From Pseudomonadota bacterium (GTDB taxonomy: Bacteria; Pseudomonadota; Gammaproteobacteria; Steroidobacterales; Steroidobacteraceae): a stretch of 64,000 bases of DNA. The notes under the pieces were generated by a model. That model saw only the letters and a list, made by a program, of their open reading frames with translations, was not told the origin of the DNA and ran no database searches. Positions 16,109 through 24,473 of the stretch are shown here, one piece after another. Positions within the stretch are counted from its first letter, which is position 1. Every line of letters starts with the position of its first letter. Position numbers and translations under genes: made by a program. Where the stretch lies: the NCBI GenBank assembly GCA_963204795.1, contig CAUJHX010000182.1, forward strand, positions 56,903-120,902, written 5' to 3'.

Positions 16109-18825
16109 CGCAGTCGACGTCGAACGGCGGACGCATGCCGCCCCATAGCCTGGACGTGGAAGCAGCGGTGCTCTCCGCGGTCTTCCTCGATGCGACCGGA
16201 GCGAGGCTCGATGAAGTTCGCACCGTTGTGCGACCGGAGACGTTCTACAGCCGCGCGCACGGGATCATCTTCGAGGCGGTGTGCGCGCTCGCGGACCGCG
16301 GCGGACAGATCGACGTCGTCACTGTGTTGCAGATGCTGCGCGACCAAGGACGCGCCGAGCAGGTTGGCGGGGCCGCCTACTTGGCTCAACTGGTCGACGC
16401 GACGCCGGCAATCGCGAACGTCCAGGAGCATGCGCGCATCCTGCGAGAGCACCATCGGGTGCGGCAGACTGTGCACCTCGCGCAGCGTATCGCCGCAGAG
16501 GGCTACTCCACCATCGGCACCGACCCCGCTGGCGTGCAGAAGTGGCTTGAAGGCTGCGAGGCTTCGATAGCCGATCTGGTTCACGTTCACGAAGAGCGCA
16601 CGCTCGCTCCGATGCCCGTGGTCATGGACGAGACCGCGGCCATGTTGGACGCAATCAAGTCCGGCGGCGCAGCGGGCGTGCCCTCGGGGTTCACCGAGGT
16701 CGACGCGCAGACGAGCGGCCTACACGACGGCGACTTCTACATCATCGCGGCGCGACCAGGCATGGGGAAGAGCGCATACGCGCTGAGCATGGCCGCGCGC
16801 ATGGCCGCTGCAGGTTACGCCGTCCCGTTCTTCTCGATTGAGATGCCGCGTGTGCAGCTCGGCGCTCGCCTCGTCGCGATGGATGCTCGCGTGGACCTGA
16901 AGCGCATGCGCGAGCAGTCGTTCCCGCCATCGGAACGGCAAAAGGCAGACGCAAGCATGAAGCTGCTGCGCGACCTGCCACTCTTCATCGACGACTCCGC
17001 GGTGCTCACGCCACTCGACATCAAGGCGCGCGTGAAACGCATCCAGCGCGAGGTCGCTGGCGGTAAGCACCCGAACGTCACGACCGGTCGAATCGGCGCC
17101 GCCTTCATCGACTACTTGCAGCTCGTGCGGCCTACGCGCGATACGCACTCGCGCGAGCAAGACGTGGCAAGCATTGGTCGCGACCTGAAGATCCTGTCCA
17201 AGGTCTTGGGCATTCCAATCATCGCGCTCTGCCAGTTGAACCGTGAAGTCGAGAAGCGCGTCGAGAAGAGGCCGCAGCTCAGCGACCTTCGCGAGTGCGT
17301 TACAGGCGACACGCTTGTGGTCTTAGCAAATGGGTCACGAGTGCCAATTAGTGCGCTAGTGGGCACGCGCCCGAAGGTGTGGGCTTACGAGAGCGACAAA
17401 CTCCGTCTCGCGGAGACTGAAAAGGTGTGGTGCGTCGGCACTCGGCCAACACTGACGATCACCTTGGCAAGCGGGCGTGAGGTGCGATGCACAGCACAGC
17501 ACAGGCTTCTCACCGGAAGAGGCTGGCTGACGGCGCGACGAATGCAACCGGGTGATCGCGTGGCGCTGGCGCGCAAGATTCCCGCTCCCAAGCGGGCGAC
17601 GAAGACTAAGCGTTCGAGACTGGCGCTTCTGGCACATCTAATCGGAGACGGTAGTTGCCTGAAGAAGCAGAGCATCAGGTACACGACCGCAAGCGAGGAG
17701 AACTCGCGCATCGTGGCACGTGCAGCTCGGGAATTTGGAGCGACGGCCAAACGCTACCCGTATCACCAAGGCAAGTGGTGGCAGCTTACACTCTCGGACG
17801 CATCCAATCGGTGGCACTACGGGCCGCTGCGCGCCTGGCTGCGGGACCTTGGTGTTCTCGGCCAGCGCTCCAGCGACAAGCGCGTGCCCGACGTGGTCTT
17901 CAGAGGCAGCAACAAGGACATCGCGTTCTTCTTGGGCCACCTATGGGCGACAGATGGCACGATAGCGCTGCGACGCAGCGGGAGGGGGCCGATCAACATC
18001 TCGTTTTCCACGAGCAGCCGCGCTCTCGCCGCCGACGTGTCGGCACTGCTTCTGCGGTTGGGGATCGTGGCTCGGGTGAGTTGCGTCAAAAGCGACGGGT
18101 GCTTCATGGTCAGGGTCTCTGGGGCCGCCGCGCAGCTGGCGTTCCTGGGATCGGTTCCGGCTGTTGGCCCAAGACGAGCGCAGGCCCGTCGCGCCCTGAA
18201 GCTCCTGAGCGGCATGACTGCGAACACCAACGTAGACACTGTGCCGCGGGAAGTCTGGGAAAGGGTGCGCTCGCGAATGCGAGAGCAAGGAATTACCCAG
18301 CGCGGCATGACTGCGTTGCGTGGCACAGCTTACGGCGGCGACTCGCACTTCAGGTTTGCCCCGTCACGAGCGCTGCTCAGTGAGTACGCCGAACTGCTAG
18401 ACGACCAAGGGTTGCGCGACGAGGCGTCGAGTTGCCTGTTCTGGGATCGCGTGACCTCAATCAAGCCAGCCGGCAGGGAGAAAGTATACGACATCACGGT
18501 GCCGGGTCCGGCGTCCTGGCTCGCCGACGGGATTGTGTCGCACAACTCCGGCGCGCTCGAACAGGAAGCTGACGGGATCTATTTCATCTACCGGCCCTCG
18601 TACTACGACCGCGGCAAGAACCCGGACCCGGCGCTCAAGGGCTGGGCCGAGATCATCGTGGCGAAGCAGCGCAACGGGCCGACCGGGACGCGTCGAGTCG
18701 CGTTCCGCGAAGACTGCACGCGGTTCGACAACCTTCAGCCTGGGGACGTTGGCATCTACGACGACAAGGATGCCGAGGTCCGCCGCGACTGGCACAGTGA
18801 CAATGACTTTGAGGAGGACATGTGA
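16105..18825 (+). CDS. dnaB: replicative DNA helicase DnaB, intein-containing precursor
   Basis: 906 aa. N-terminal PPHSLDVEAAVLSAV. Walker A ARPGMGKSAYAL. The LSDLRE / SGALEQEADG motif is split by an insertion that starts CVTGD and ends VSHN. Confidence 0.9.
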   Translation: MTQSTSNGGRMPPHSLDVEAAVLSAVFLDATGARLDEVRTVVRPETFYSRAHGIIFEAVCALADRGGQIDVVTVLQMLRDQGRAEQVGGAAYLAQLVDATPAIANVQEHARILREHHRVRQTVHLAQRIAAEGYSTIGTDPAGVQKWLEGCEASIADLVHVHEERTLAPMPVVMDETAAMLDAIKSGGAAGVPSGFTEVDAQTSGLHDGDFYIIAARPGMGKSAYALSMAARMAAAGYAVPFFSIEMPRVQLGARLVAMDARVDLKRMREQSFPPSERQKADASMKLLRDLPLFIDDSAVLTPLDIKARVKRIQREVAGGKHPNVTTGRIGAAFIDYLQLVRPTRDTHSREQDVASIGRDLKILSKVLGIPIIALCQLNREVEKRVEKRPQLSDLRECVTGDTLVVLANGSRVPISALVGTRPKVWAYESDKLRLAETEKVWCVGTRPTLTITLASGREVRCTAQHRLLTGRGWLTARRMQPGDRVALARKIPAPKRATKTKRSRLALLAHLIGDGSCLKKQSIRYTTASEENSRIVARAAREFGATAKRYPYHQGKWWQLTLSDASNRWHYGPLRAWLRDLGVLGQRSSDKRVPDVVFRGSNKDIAFFLGHLWATDGTIALRRSGRGPINISFSTSSRALAADVSALLLRLGIVARVSCVKSDGCFMVRVSGAAAQLAFLGSVPAVGPRRAQARRALKLLSGMTANTNVDTVPREVWERVRSRMREQGITQRGMTALRGTAYGGDSHFRFAPSRALLSEYAELLDDQGLRDEASSCLFWDRVTSIKPAGREKVYDITVPGPASWLADGIVSHNSGALEQEADGIYFIYRPSYYDRGKNPDPALKGWAEIIVAKQRNGPTGTRRVAFREDCTRFDNLQPGDVGIYDDKDAEVRRDWHSDNDFEEDM
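17296..18546 (+). mobile_element. DnaB intein (417 aa) with LAGLIDADG homing-endonuclease domain
   Basis: Cys1 is precursor aa 398 (counted). The intein ends with His-Asn and is followed by a +1 Ser. LAGLIDADG-like blocks LLAHLIGDGSC and FFLGHLWATDGT. GC is visibly lower than the flanking exteins. Confidence 0.85.
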
Positions 18826-19409
18826 CGAACACCGACTTCATCTGGATGCGCCACGCGAAACACCTGACACTCGAAAGTACAACGCCACTGCCGAGCATCA
18901 GCGAGCTGGCCCACAGTCTGAGTCAGATCAACCGGTGGACAGGGTGGGCAGACTATCCGATCAGCGTTGCGCAACACTCGGTGTTCGTGTCGCTGCTGGT
19001 CCGCCCAGAGCTTGCTCTGCATGGGCTACTGCATGACGCGCACGAGTGCCTAACCGGAGACATCAACACGCCGGTCAAGCGTTGGCTCAAGAGCAGGCGA
19101 CTGGAACAGTTGGAGACACTTTTCGATACGGCCCGCATCGCGGCGTTCGGGGTTCGCGCCTTGGACGAGGGCGAGCAAGCGGAACTGAAGCTAGCCGACC
19201 TGTTCGCGGCCTACGAAGAGGCGCGCATCGCCGTAAGCGTGCCGGTCGAGGAGTTGAACGAACATTTCGGCGACCCTGCACACCCACCGGTGCAGGCGAT
19301 GCTAGCGCGGCTACCGGCGCCGGCGTCGGTGTTGTTGACTGAGCTTAGCTGGCGAGAGGCGCGAGAGGCGTTCGTGCGCCGGCACGAAGCGCTCACGGGG
19401 GCAGCATGA
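18822..19409 (+). CDS. HD-domain phosphohydrolase
   Basis: 195 aa, GTG start with a GTGA overlap. Contains VAQHSVFVSLL and LLHDAHECLTGDINTP (H...HD...D pattern). Confidence 0.65.
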   Translation: MTNTDFIWMRHAKHLTLESTTPLPSISELAHSLSQINRWTGWADYPISVAQHSVFVSLLVRPELALHGLLHDAHECLTGDINTPVKRWLKSRRLEQLETLFDTARIAAFGVRALDEGEQAELKLADLFAAYEEARIAVSVPVEELNEHFGDPAHPPVQAMLARLPAPASVLLTELSWREAREAFVRRHEALTGAA

Positions 19410-19783
19410 CCAAGCAATTGAGCTTCGACTTGCCGGACGACCCGGATGCGCGACTCGATCCGTACGCGACGCCTGCACTGAAGAACCACAAGCCAGAGAA
19501 GTACGAGGCGTACCCGAAGGGCAAGCTGCCAATCGCGGGCGATGTCGTGACGCTCATTCACCGGTTGGGGAACACGAAGCAGGTGAAGTTCACGCAGGTC
19601 GTCGGACCGCGTGCGTACGTCTGCTGGCCCATCGCGAACGAGACCCTCGCGGTCTCGCTGAAGACCGGTCGCGTCATCGTCCCCAAGGCCCTTGCCGAGT
19701 GGCGCCTGGAACCGAACGCGCTGGAAATGGCCCGGGTCGTTCACAAAATGCTCCTGCTGGAACAAAAGATCGCCATCGAGTAG
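19406..19783 (+). CDS. hypothetical protein (125 aa)
   Basis: ATGA overlap with the upstream gene. No motif recognised. Confidence 0.6.
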   Translation: MTKQLSFDLPDDPDARLDPYATPALKNHKPEKYEAYPKGKLPIAGDVVTLIHRLGNTKQVKFTQVVGPRAYVCWPIANETLAVSLKTGRVIVPKALAEWRLEPNALEMARVVHKMLLLEQKIAIE

Positions 19784-19786
19784 GCT
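19758..19786 (+). promoter_or_regulatory. promoter candidate, leaderless design
   Basis: TGGAAC (19758-19763), N17, TAGGCT (19781-19786), N9, ATG 19796. No SD. Confidence 0.35.
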
Positions 19787-19795
19787 CACTCACGC

Positions 19796-20923
19796 ATGGC
19801 CAGGTACAACCCGAACCCGAGCGCGCCGCAGACTGCGTACATCCAGCACAGCAATCCGGCGGACATGCAGGCGGCGGCGGCGGCGTACATGGCGGCCCTG
19901 GCGGGGCGACTGATCTCAGCGATCACGCTCACTGGTGGCGGAGCGGGGTCGCTGTTCATTCTGGCCATCGAGCACACGCCCGCGGCAGACGGCGTCGGGA
20001 TCGACCCCGTCGAGGCGGCTGCCAGCTTCCGCGTGTACAGCGCAGGAACCGCGGTCGCTGCGACCTCGGCCTACAACGCGGCGCTGGCCGACGCGATGGC
20101 AGCGAACCCGGGTGTCCCGTTGCGCGACGCCGAGATCGAGGGGTCGTCCAGTGCTGCCGTGTTCTTCGGCTTCCTGGTGCTCGCAACGCAGCAGGGCGGA
20201 GGATGCTGCACCGCTCTGTCCGTTCGGCACGAGATGATCGTTTCGTCGGTGCCGGGGCGCAACAACTACACCATCCCCGTCGGCAACTGGTTCTGGAACG
20301 CAGTCGGCGAGACGACGCTCGACATCAACACGGGCACCGGGTGGATCGCTCAGGCATATGGAGCCGACTACGCGCACCTGCAGCGCGTTACGCCCCCGCC
20401 GACCGTGGCAGACGCCGCCATCGGGTTCACTCTCGTCGGCGGCGCAGTCCCGACGGGGTGGCTGCTCCGCTTCCGCTGGTTCGAGCGCACGCTGCTCGTC
20501 AAACCGAGCGCCGTTGCGAAGGTACGTGTACCGACGACCTACACTGCCCCGTGGAACTCCAGTAGCGGGGTCGACTTCCCAAACGGCGTGCGCGTGCCCG
20601 AGTTCCCGAACGTGCAGGTCGAGTTCTGGCGACAGACTTGGCGGAACGGCGGACAGCGCGGGAACATGGGCGTGCTGCGGCGCGACGGGAAGCGATACCT
20701 GCCGTACTTCCGCGGCGCCCTGAACCAGTTCACGTTTGCACTGTCGGAGTTTCGCTCGAAGCAGCCGCTGAAGCGCAATCACTTTCGGGTTTGCTACTAC
20801 GACCCGGCGACCGGGGCGCGCTCGGCGCTATGCCCCGACGTCATCGTGGTGTGCAACGATCAGCAGGACGACCGCGTGAACGGGCGTTTCGCCCGCACGC
20901 GTGGCAGCGTTTGGATCGAGTGA
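19796..20923 (+). CDS. hypothetical protein (375 aa), N-terminal domain distantly like the MGN family
   Basis: Long ORF with good GC3. The N-terminal segment ADMQAAAAAYMAALAGRLISAITLTGGGAGSLFILAIEH resembles the QSSLASDxQ...GAGDGHSF block of the 47309-48509 paralogs. Confidence 0.6.
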   Translation: MARYNPNPSAPQTAYIQHSNPADMQAAAAAYMAALAGRLISAITLTGGGAGSLFILAIEHTPAADGVGIDPVEAAASFRVYSAGTAVAATSAYNAALADAMAANPGVPLRDAEIEGSSSAAVFFGFLVLATQQGGGCCTALSVRHEMIVSSVPGRNNYTIPVGNWFWNAVGETTLDINTGTGWIAQAYGADYAHLQRVTPPPTVADAAIGFTLVGGAVPTGWLLRFRWFERTLLVKPSAVAKVRVPTTYTAPWNSSSGVDFPNGVRVPEFPNVQVEFWRQTWRNGGQRGNMGVLRRDGKRYLPYFRGALNQFTFALSEFRSKQPLKRNHFRVCYYDPATGARSALCPDVIVVCNDQQDDRVNGRFARTRGSVWIE

Positions 20924-20940
20924 TGGCGGTGACGCGTTCT

Positions 20941-21010
20941 GGAGAGGCCCGTAAGGGCCCCCCCCAGGGGCCCGTAAGGGTCTCCCCCAGAGACCTGTAA
21001 GGGCCTCCCC
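20941..21010. repeat. three tandem 23-bp units, each an imperfect hairpin closed by a GTAA loop
   Basis: Units at 20941-20964, 20965-20987 and 20988-21010. GTAA at 20951, 20974 and 20997 (exact 23-nt phasing). Consensus CAGrGrCCyGTAAGGGyCyCCCC. Confidence 0.85.
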
Positions 21011-21032
21011 AGAGCGCGTCACATGCAAGCCT

Positions 21033-21061
21033 TTGCCGGGTGCCCGTTCGCGGAGTAGGGT
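21033..21061 (+). promoter_or_regulatory. promoter candidate, leaderless design
   Basis: TTGCCG (21033-21038), N17, TAGGGT (21056-21061), N6, ATG 21068. Confidence 0.4.
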
Positions 21062-21067
21062 GACCCC

Positions 21068-21520
21068 ATGCGCATCTCGACAATCGACACTTCCCTGGGT
21101 CTGACAGGCAGAAACGTCGAGACGGCGAACCCAGGCGAGATCGAGGCGCGGCTTGAAATGGCCCGCCTGGAAATGCTCACCGAGATCCCTGACGCGACGC
21201 TCGGCACCTTCGCCGTGGCATCTGCCGGCGACGGAGCGCACTACATCCTGAGCTTGGTGGCTGGCACGGCGGCGGGCACGCCCGGGGGCCTCCCCCTTGC
21301 CGATCTACGCTTCGTGGTTGGGTACGGCTCCAACATGCAAGCAATCGAGAGTTCGATCTTGCCGTCGTTCATGGCGGCGGTGGCCGCTGGCTACACGTTG
21401 TACGCGGGCGCCGAATCCGCCGGCGCTACCTCTGGGCTGCGATTTCTCGGAGTCACGATTCTCCAGAGGACAGGCGTACCTCCGGCGCCCCCGGAGGAGC
21501 CGGTGGTTGTGATCCGCTAG
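21068..21520 (+). CDS. hypothetical protein (150 aa), distant MGN-family relative
   Basis: EIEARLEMARLEMLTEIPDATLGTFAVASAGDGAHYILSLV parallels the helix plus GAGDGHSF block of the 47309-48509 paralogs. Confidence 0.55.
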   Translation: MRISTIDTSLGLTGRNVETANPGEIEARLEMARLEMLTEIPDATLGTFAVASAGDGAHYILSLVAGTAAGTPGGLPLADLRFVVGYGSNMQAIESSILPSFMAAVAAGYTLYAGAESAGATSGLRFLGVTILQRTGVPPAPPEEPVVVIR

Positions 21521-21547
21521 ACGAAGCGCGCGCCCTGGGGTTAGACT
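21518..21547 (+). promoter_or_regulatory. promoter candidate, leaderless design
   Basis: TAGACG (21518-21523), N18, TAGACT (21542-21547), N7, ATG 21555. Confidence 0.4.
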
Positions 21548-21554
21548 CCGGTCC

Positions 21555-21878
21555 ATGTCGAACCGAACCCTTGCGCTGCTGCTCGCGCTTGCTGCCGTTC
21601 CTGGCGCTGCCATGGCCTCCTGTTCATCGGTGAAGCCCGCCGCGCGGACGGTCAACGACGTCGCCCGCGACCTGTGCTCGATGTTCTTCTCGGAGAAGGA
21701 AGGGATCTCCTTCGAGGACGCCGCGCGAGGCGCCTGCAGCACGCGCGAGGTGCTCGACCCGTTCATCCGCGAAGTGCTCAAGGCCAAGCAGGCGGCGGCT
21801 GGCCAGGGCGACGGCTCGGCCCCGTGCAAGACCGAGACGGTCGTGACCGTGACGCAGGACGCGGGTCCAGCCAAGTGA
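21555..21878 (+). CDS. small lipoprotein (107 aa)
   Basis: Signal peptide MSNRTLALLLALAAVPGAAMASC with a lipobox-like AMAS-C. Confidence 0.65.
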   Translation: MSNRTLALLLALAAVPGAAMASCSSVKPAARTVNDVARDLCSMFFSEKEGISFEDAARGACSTREVLDPFIREVLKAKQAAAGQGDGSAPCKTETVVTVTQDAGPAK

Positions 21879-22336
21879 TCCAGCTCGTGACGGCCCGAAG
21901 CGGCATCGGCTGTCGGATCGATGCCCACCGACTGATCGAGCGGCTGTGGATCGGGTCAGCTCCGAGCCGCGACAAGGATCTCGGCGCATGCGGGTTCGAT
22001 GCGGTGGTTCTTTGCGCCGAGGAGTATCAGCCGCGAGGCGCCTTCGGATCGGCGACCGCGGTGCACGCCGGCTTCGACGACGGCGAAATGGATACGCGGA
22101 CTGCGCAGGTCGCGTCGGGAGCTGCCGAAGAGGTCGTTCGCCGGTGGCGGAGGGGTGAGCGCGTGCTAGTGACTTGCATGGCCGGCCGCAACCGCTCGGG
22201 TCTCGTGAGCGCGCTCGCGCTTCGCCGGATCGGCGGGGTAACCGGGCGTCAGGCGCTGCGACATGTGCAGATGATGCGGCCGACCGCCTTGACGAACCCC
22301 AACTTCGCCAACTTCCTCGCAACGCTCGGTGCGTGA
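21875..22336 (+). CDS. dual-specificity (Cys-based) protein phosphatase
   Basis: 153 aa from GTG 21875 (GTGA overlap). CX5R(S/T) active-site loop VLVTCMAGRNRSGLV. Upstream RLWIGSAP and DAVVLCAEE are typical DSP context. Confidence 0.7.
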   Translation: MIQLVTARSGIGCRIDAHRLIERLWIGSAPSRDKDLGACGFDAVVLCAEEYQPRGAFGSATAVHAGFDDGEMDTRTAQVASGAAEEVVRRWRRGERVLVTCMAGRNRSGLVSALALRRIGGVTGRQALRHVQMMRPTALTNPNFANFLATLGA

Positions 22337-23064
22337 TGTTCGGATACCTGCCTGACCCAGAAGACAAGCGCGATCTGCCGTTCGACTTTTTGTCCACGCA
22401 GCAGGTTCCGCCCGAAGTCGACCTTCAGGGCCGTTGTGTCGCGATCCCGAATCAGGGCGGCACCTCCAGCTGCGTCGGACAGGCGACCCGCCAGGGCTTC
22501 GGCGTCGAAGAGGCGCGCTACGGGATCATCGACCCCGCGTCGGCCATGGGCATCTACTTCAACGCCCGCGCCGAGCATGGCGTCGAGAAGTTCGACTCTG
22601 GCACGCATGTGCGAACCGCCATCAAGTCCGCGGTGAAGTTCGGCCCGCTCCGCGAGCGAGACTGGCCGTTCGACGCCTCGCTGATCAACAAGCGTCCACC
22701 ATGGCGCGCATACCGCAACGCCCACGACGGCAAGGGCCCGCAGGGCTACTACCGCATCGTCGAAATCGGAGACGCTCGACTCGACGCGATCCGTCGCGCG
22801 TTGGCGGCCGAGCACCCGGTCGTCTTCGGCACGAACGTCGCGGAGAGCTTCACGCAGGACGACGGGCCGTTCCGGATCGACCGCCCGGACTCGTCGGAGC
22901 GTATTGCGGGCGGCCACGCCATGTGTCTCGTCGGCTACAAGGACGACATGTTCCGTGTCGCCAACTCCTGGGGCACCGGCTGGCGCGACCAAGGCTTCGC
23001 TTGGATGACCGAGAGCTACCTGACCTGGGTCAGCACGCGCGATCTTTGGGTCATCGTGGTGTGA
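22336..23064 (+). CDS. papain-like cysteine peptidase (C1 family)
   Basis: 242 aa from ATG 22336 (TGATG overlap). QGGTSSCVGQA (Gln/Cys), GGHAMCLVGY (His) and NSWGTGWRDQGF (Asn-Ser-Trp). Confidence 0.85.
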   Translation: MFGYLPDPEDKRDLPFDFLSTQQVPPEVDLQGRCVAIPNQGGTSSCVGQATRQGFGVEEARYGIIDPASAMGIYFNARAEHGVEKFDSGTHVRTAIKSAVKFGPLRERDWPFDASLINKRPPWRAYRNAHDGKGPQGYYRIVEIGDARLDAIRRALAAEHPVVFGTNVAESFTQDDGPFRIDRPDSSERIAGGHAMCLVGYKDDMFRVANSWGTGWRDQGFAWMTESYLTWVSTRDLWVIVV

Positions 23065-23068
23065 CGCT

Positions 23069-23326
23069 ATGGGCACTTGGCGGCGGCGCTCAAGCGCGGG
23101 CCTCAAGCTGCGGCTGAGCAAGCCGCCGAAGGAACGCGAAACGCTCTCGCCCTGCCCGGCGTGCGGCGGGTCCGGCGTGTGCTTGCTGCAGCCTGCGACC
23201 GGGTCATATCGCCAGGTGCAGTGCCGCTGGTGCGAGGGCCGCGGGTACGTGGATTCCGCGATGCTGTCGGCACACGCCAGGTGGCTTCGCATCCTGCGGT
23301 GGAACCGAGCGGTGGGCGCGTGCTAG
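23069..23326 (+). CDS. DnaJ-type zinc-finger mini-protein (2 x CXXCXGXG)
   Basis: 85 aa. Contains CPACGGSG and CRWCEGRG. Confidence 0.6.
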   Translation: MGTWRRRSSAGLKLRLSKPPKERETLSPCPACGGSGVCLLQPATGSYRQVQCRWCEGRGYVDSAMLSAHARWLRILRWNRAVGAC

Positions 23327-23329
23327 CCT
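23300..23329 (+). promoter_or_regulatory. promoter candidate, leaderless design
   Basis: TGGAAC (23300-23305), N18, TAGCCT (23324-23329), N7, GTG 23337. Confidence 0.35.
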
Positions 23330-23336
23330 GAGCACC

Positions 23337-23546
23337 GTGGAGCCGGGATACGAAGCGCGGTCGGGCGATGAGTTCGACGCCACGACGCGGTGGCGTCACG
23401 TCTGCGCGCGGATGCAGCGGCCACGGGTGCGCGCGAGGATCAAGCGCCAGATGCGCCGTCGAGGACGCCGGTGGTGGAAGCGCGGTCGTGCGCTCGACGA
23501 GCAACGCACGACGCTTGACCTGCTGATCGAAGACTTGGGGTACTGA
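23337..23546 (+). CDS. small highly basic protein (69 aa)
   Basis: GTG start 7 nt after a TAGCCT -10 box. Contains RVRARIKRQMRRRGRRWWKRGR. Confidence 0.4.
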   Translation: MEPGYEARSGDEFDATTRWRHVCARMQRPRVRARIKRQMRRRGRRWWKRGRALDEQRTTLDLLIEDLGY

Positions 23547-23857
23547 TGGAGACGACCATGAAGACGTGGCGAGGGCTGTCGGTGTACATGTTGGCAGTGC
23601 TGGCGCTCGGGAGCCGGTGCGATGTTCCGGTGGAGCCGGTGCGCCCCAAGCCCGTGGACGCCGGCACGCCGGCGGACTGTGCTGCCGCATGTGCGCATAT
23701 GCGCAAGCTCGGATGCGAAGAGGGCAAGCCGACGCCCAAGGGCGCGACGTGCGAGGACGTATGCAACAACGTGGAGGCCTCGGGCACCATCACGTTGCAC
23801 CCGGCCTGCGTGGTCAAGATCGAGCGTTGCGACCAAGTCGAGTCCTGCGCATACTGA
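23546..23857 (+). CDS. secreted Cys-rich small protein (103 aa)
   Basis: TGATG overlap. Signal-like WRGLSVYMLAVLALGSRC. The mature part has 8 or more Cys. Confidence 0.6.
   Translation: METTMKTWRGLSVYMLAVLALGSRCDVPVEPVRPKPVDAGTPADCAAACAHMRKLGCEEGKPTPKGATCEDVCNNVEASGTITLHPACVVKIERCDQVESCAY
23827..23855 (+). promoter_or_regulatory. promoter candidate, leaderless design
   Basis: TTGCGA (23827-23832), N17, CATACT (23850-23855), N7, ATG 23863. Confidence 0.35.
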
Positions 23858-23862
23858 CCACG

Positions 23863-24045
23863 ATGCGTCATCGCGCCCCCAGGTGCCCTCACGGTCTATA
23901 CTCGGGGCTCTGCCCGCTCAGGGACTGCCCACACTGGGACGGGGTCACGGACCAGCACGCGGCTGCTCGCACGATCAAGCACGACGCATGGGGGAAGAGC
24001 CAGCGGCGCCGTGGGTCGAAGAAAACTGAGCCGCGAGCTAGCTAG
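23863..24045 (+). CDS. small Cys/His protein (60 aa)
   Basis: C-terminal part of track ORF 23566-24045. Starts MRHRAPRCPHGLYSGLCPLRDCPHW. Its TAG stop lies inside the GCTAGCTAGC motif. Confidence 0.35.
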   Translation: MRHRAPRCPHGLYSGLCPLRDCPHWDGVTDQHAAARTIKHDAWGKSQRRRGSKKTEPRAS

Positions 24046-24055
24046 CTGTGCTAGC
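24037..24055. repeat. GCTAGC cluster incl. GCTAGC-N3-GCTAGC (site 2 of 4)
   Basis: GCTAGC at 24037, 24041 and 24050. ATG 24067 lies 11 nt downstream with no SD. Confidence 0.9.
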
Positions 24056-24066
24056 TTCGCGGGGCG

Positions 24067-24282
24067 ATGAAGTACGTTTTTAGCCAGCAGGAGGCTGGCG
24101 AGCTGGTGCTCGCGGAGCTTTACAGACGGGGAGTTCGCGGGACCGCGCGGTTGACGTGGAATGTCGGCCACAATCCTGTCACCGGCGAAGCAACCCTGGA
24201 GATCGCCGTTGAGATGGTTGAACCGCCGCCGCCGCCGCCGCCGCCGGCGGAAGGCGGCAACATGGACGGAGGAACGAGATGA
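24067..24282 (+). CDS. hypothetical protein (71 aa) with poly-Pro tract
   Basis: MKYVFSQQEAGELVLAELYRRG...EPPPPPPPPAEGG. Confidence 0.5.
   Translation: MKYVFSQQEAGELVLAELYRRGVRGTARLTWNVGHNPVTGEATLEIAVEMVEPPPPPPPPAEGGNMDGGTR
24223..24246 (+). repeat. (CCG)8 microsatellite encoding Pro8
   Basis: Eight perfect in-frame CCG codons in the 24067-24282 gene. Confidence 0.95.
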
Positions 24283-24473
24283 AGATCGAAGACGTTACCG
24301 GAACGCCGCGCCCGCACGAAGACGTGATGGCGGCGCTGAAGTGCATCGAGCAGGAAATGGTCTACAGCCCGACGGCGATGTCCGCCAAGAGCGGCCCGCT
24401 GTTGCTTCACTACACGGTGATCCGCGACTGCCTACGTGAGCTGCTGGTGCGCAGAGAGATGGAGCGAAAGTGA
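24279..24473 (+). CDS. small hypothetical protein (64 aa)
   Basis: ATGA overlap. Confidence 0.5.
   Translation: MKIEDVTGTPRPHEDVMAALKCIEQEMVYSPTAMSAKSGPLLLHYTVIRDCLRELLVRREMERK

Noticed and set aside
24016-24057. A full -35/-10 promoter at GCTAGC site 2, upstream of ATG 24067.
   Set aside because: A TAGCTT -10-like hexamer sits 9 nt before the ATG, but no acceptable -35 is found at 16-18 nt (the best is TCGAAG with TAGCTA). I kept the site only as a repeat or operator candidate.
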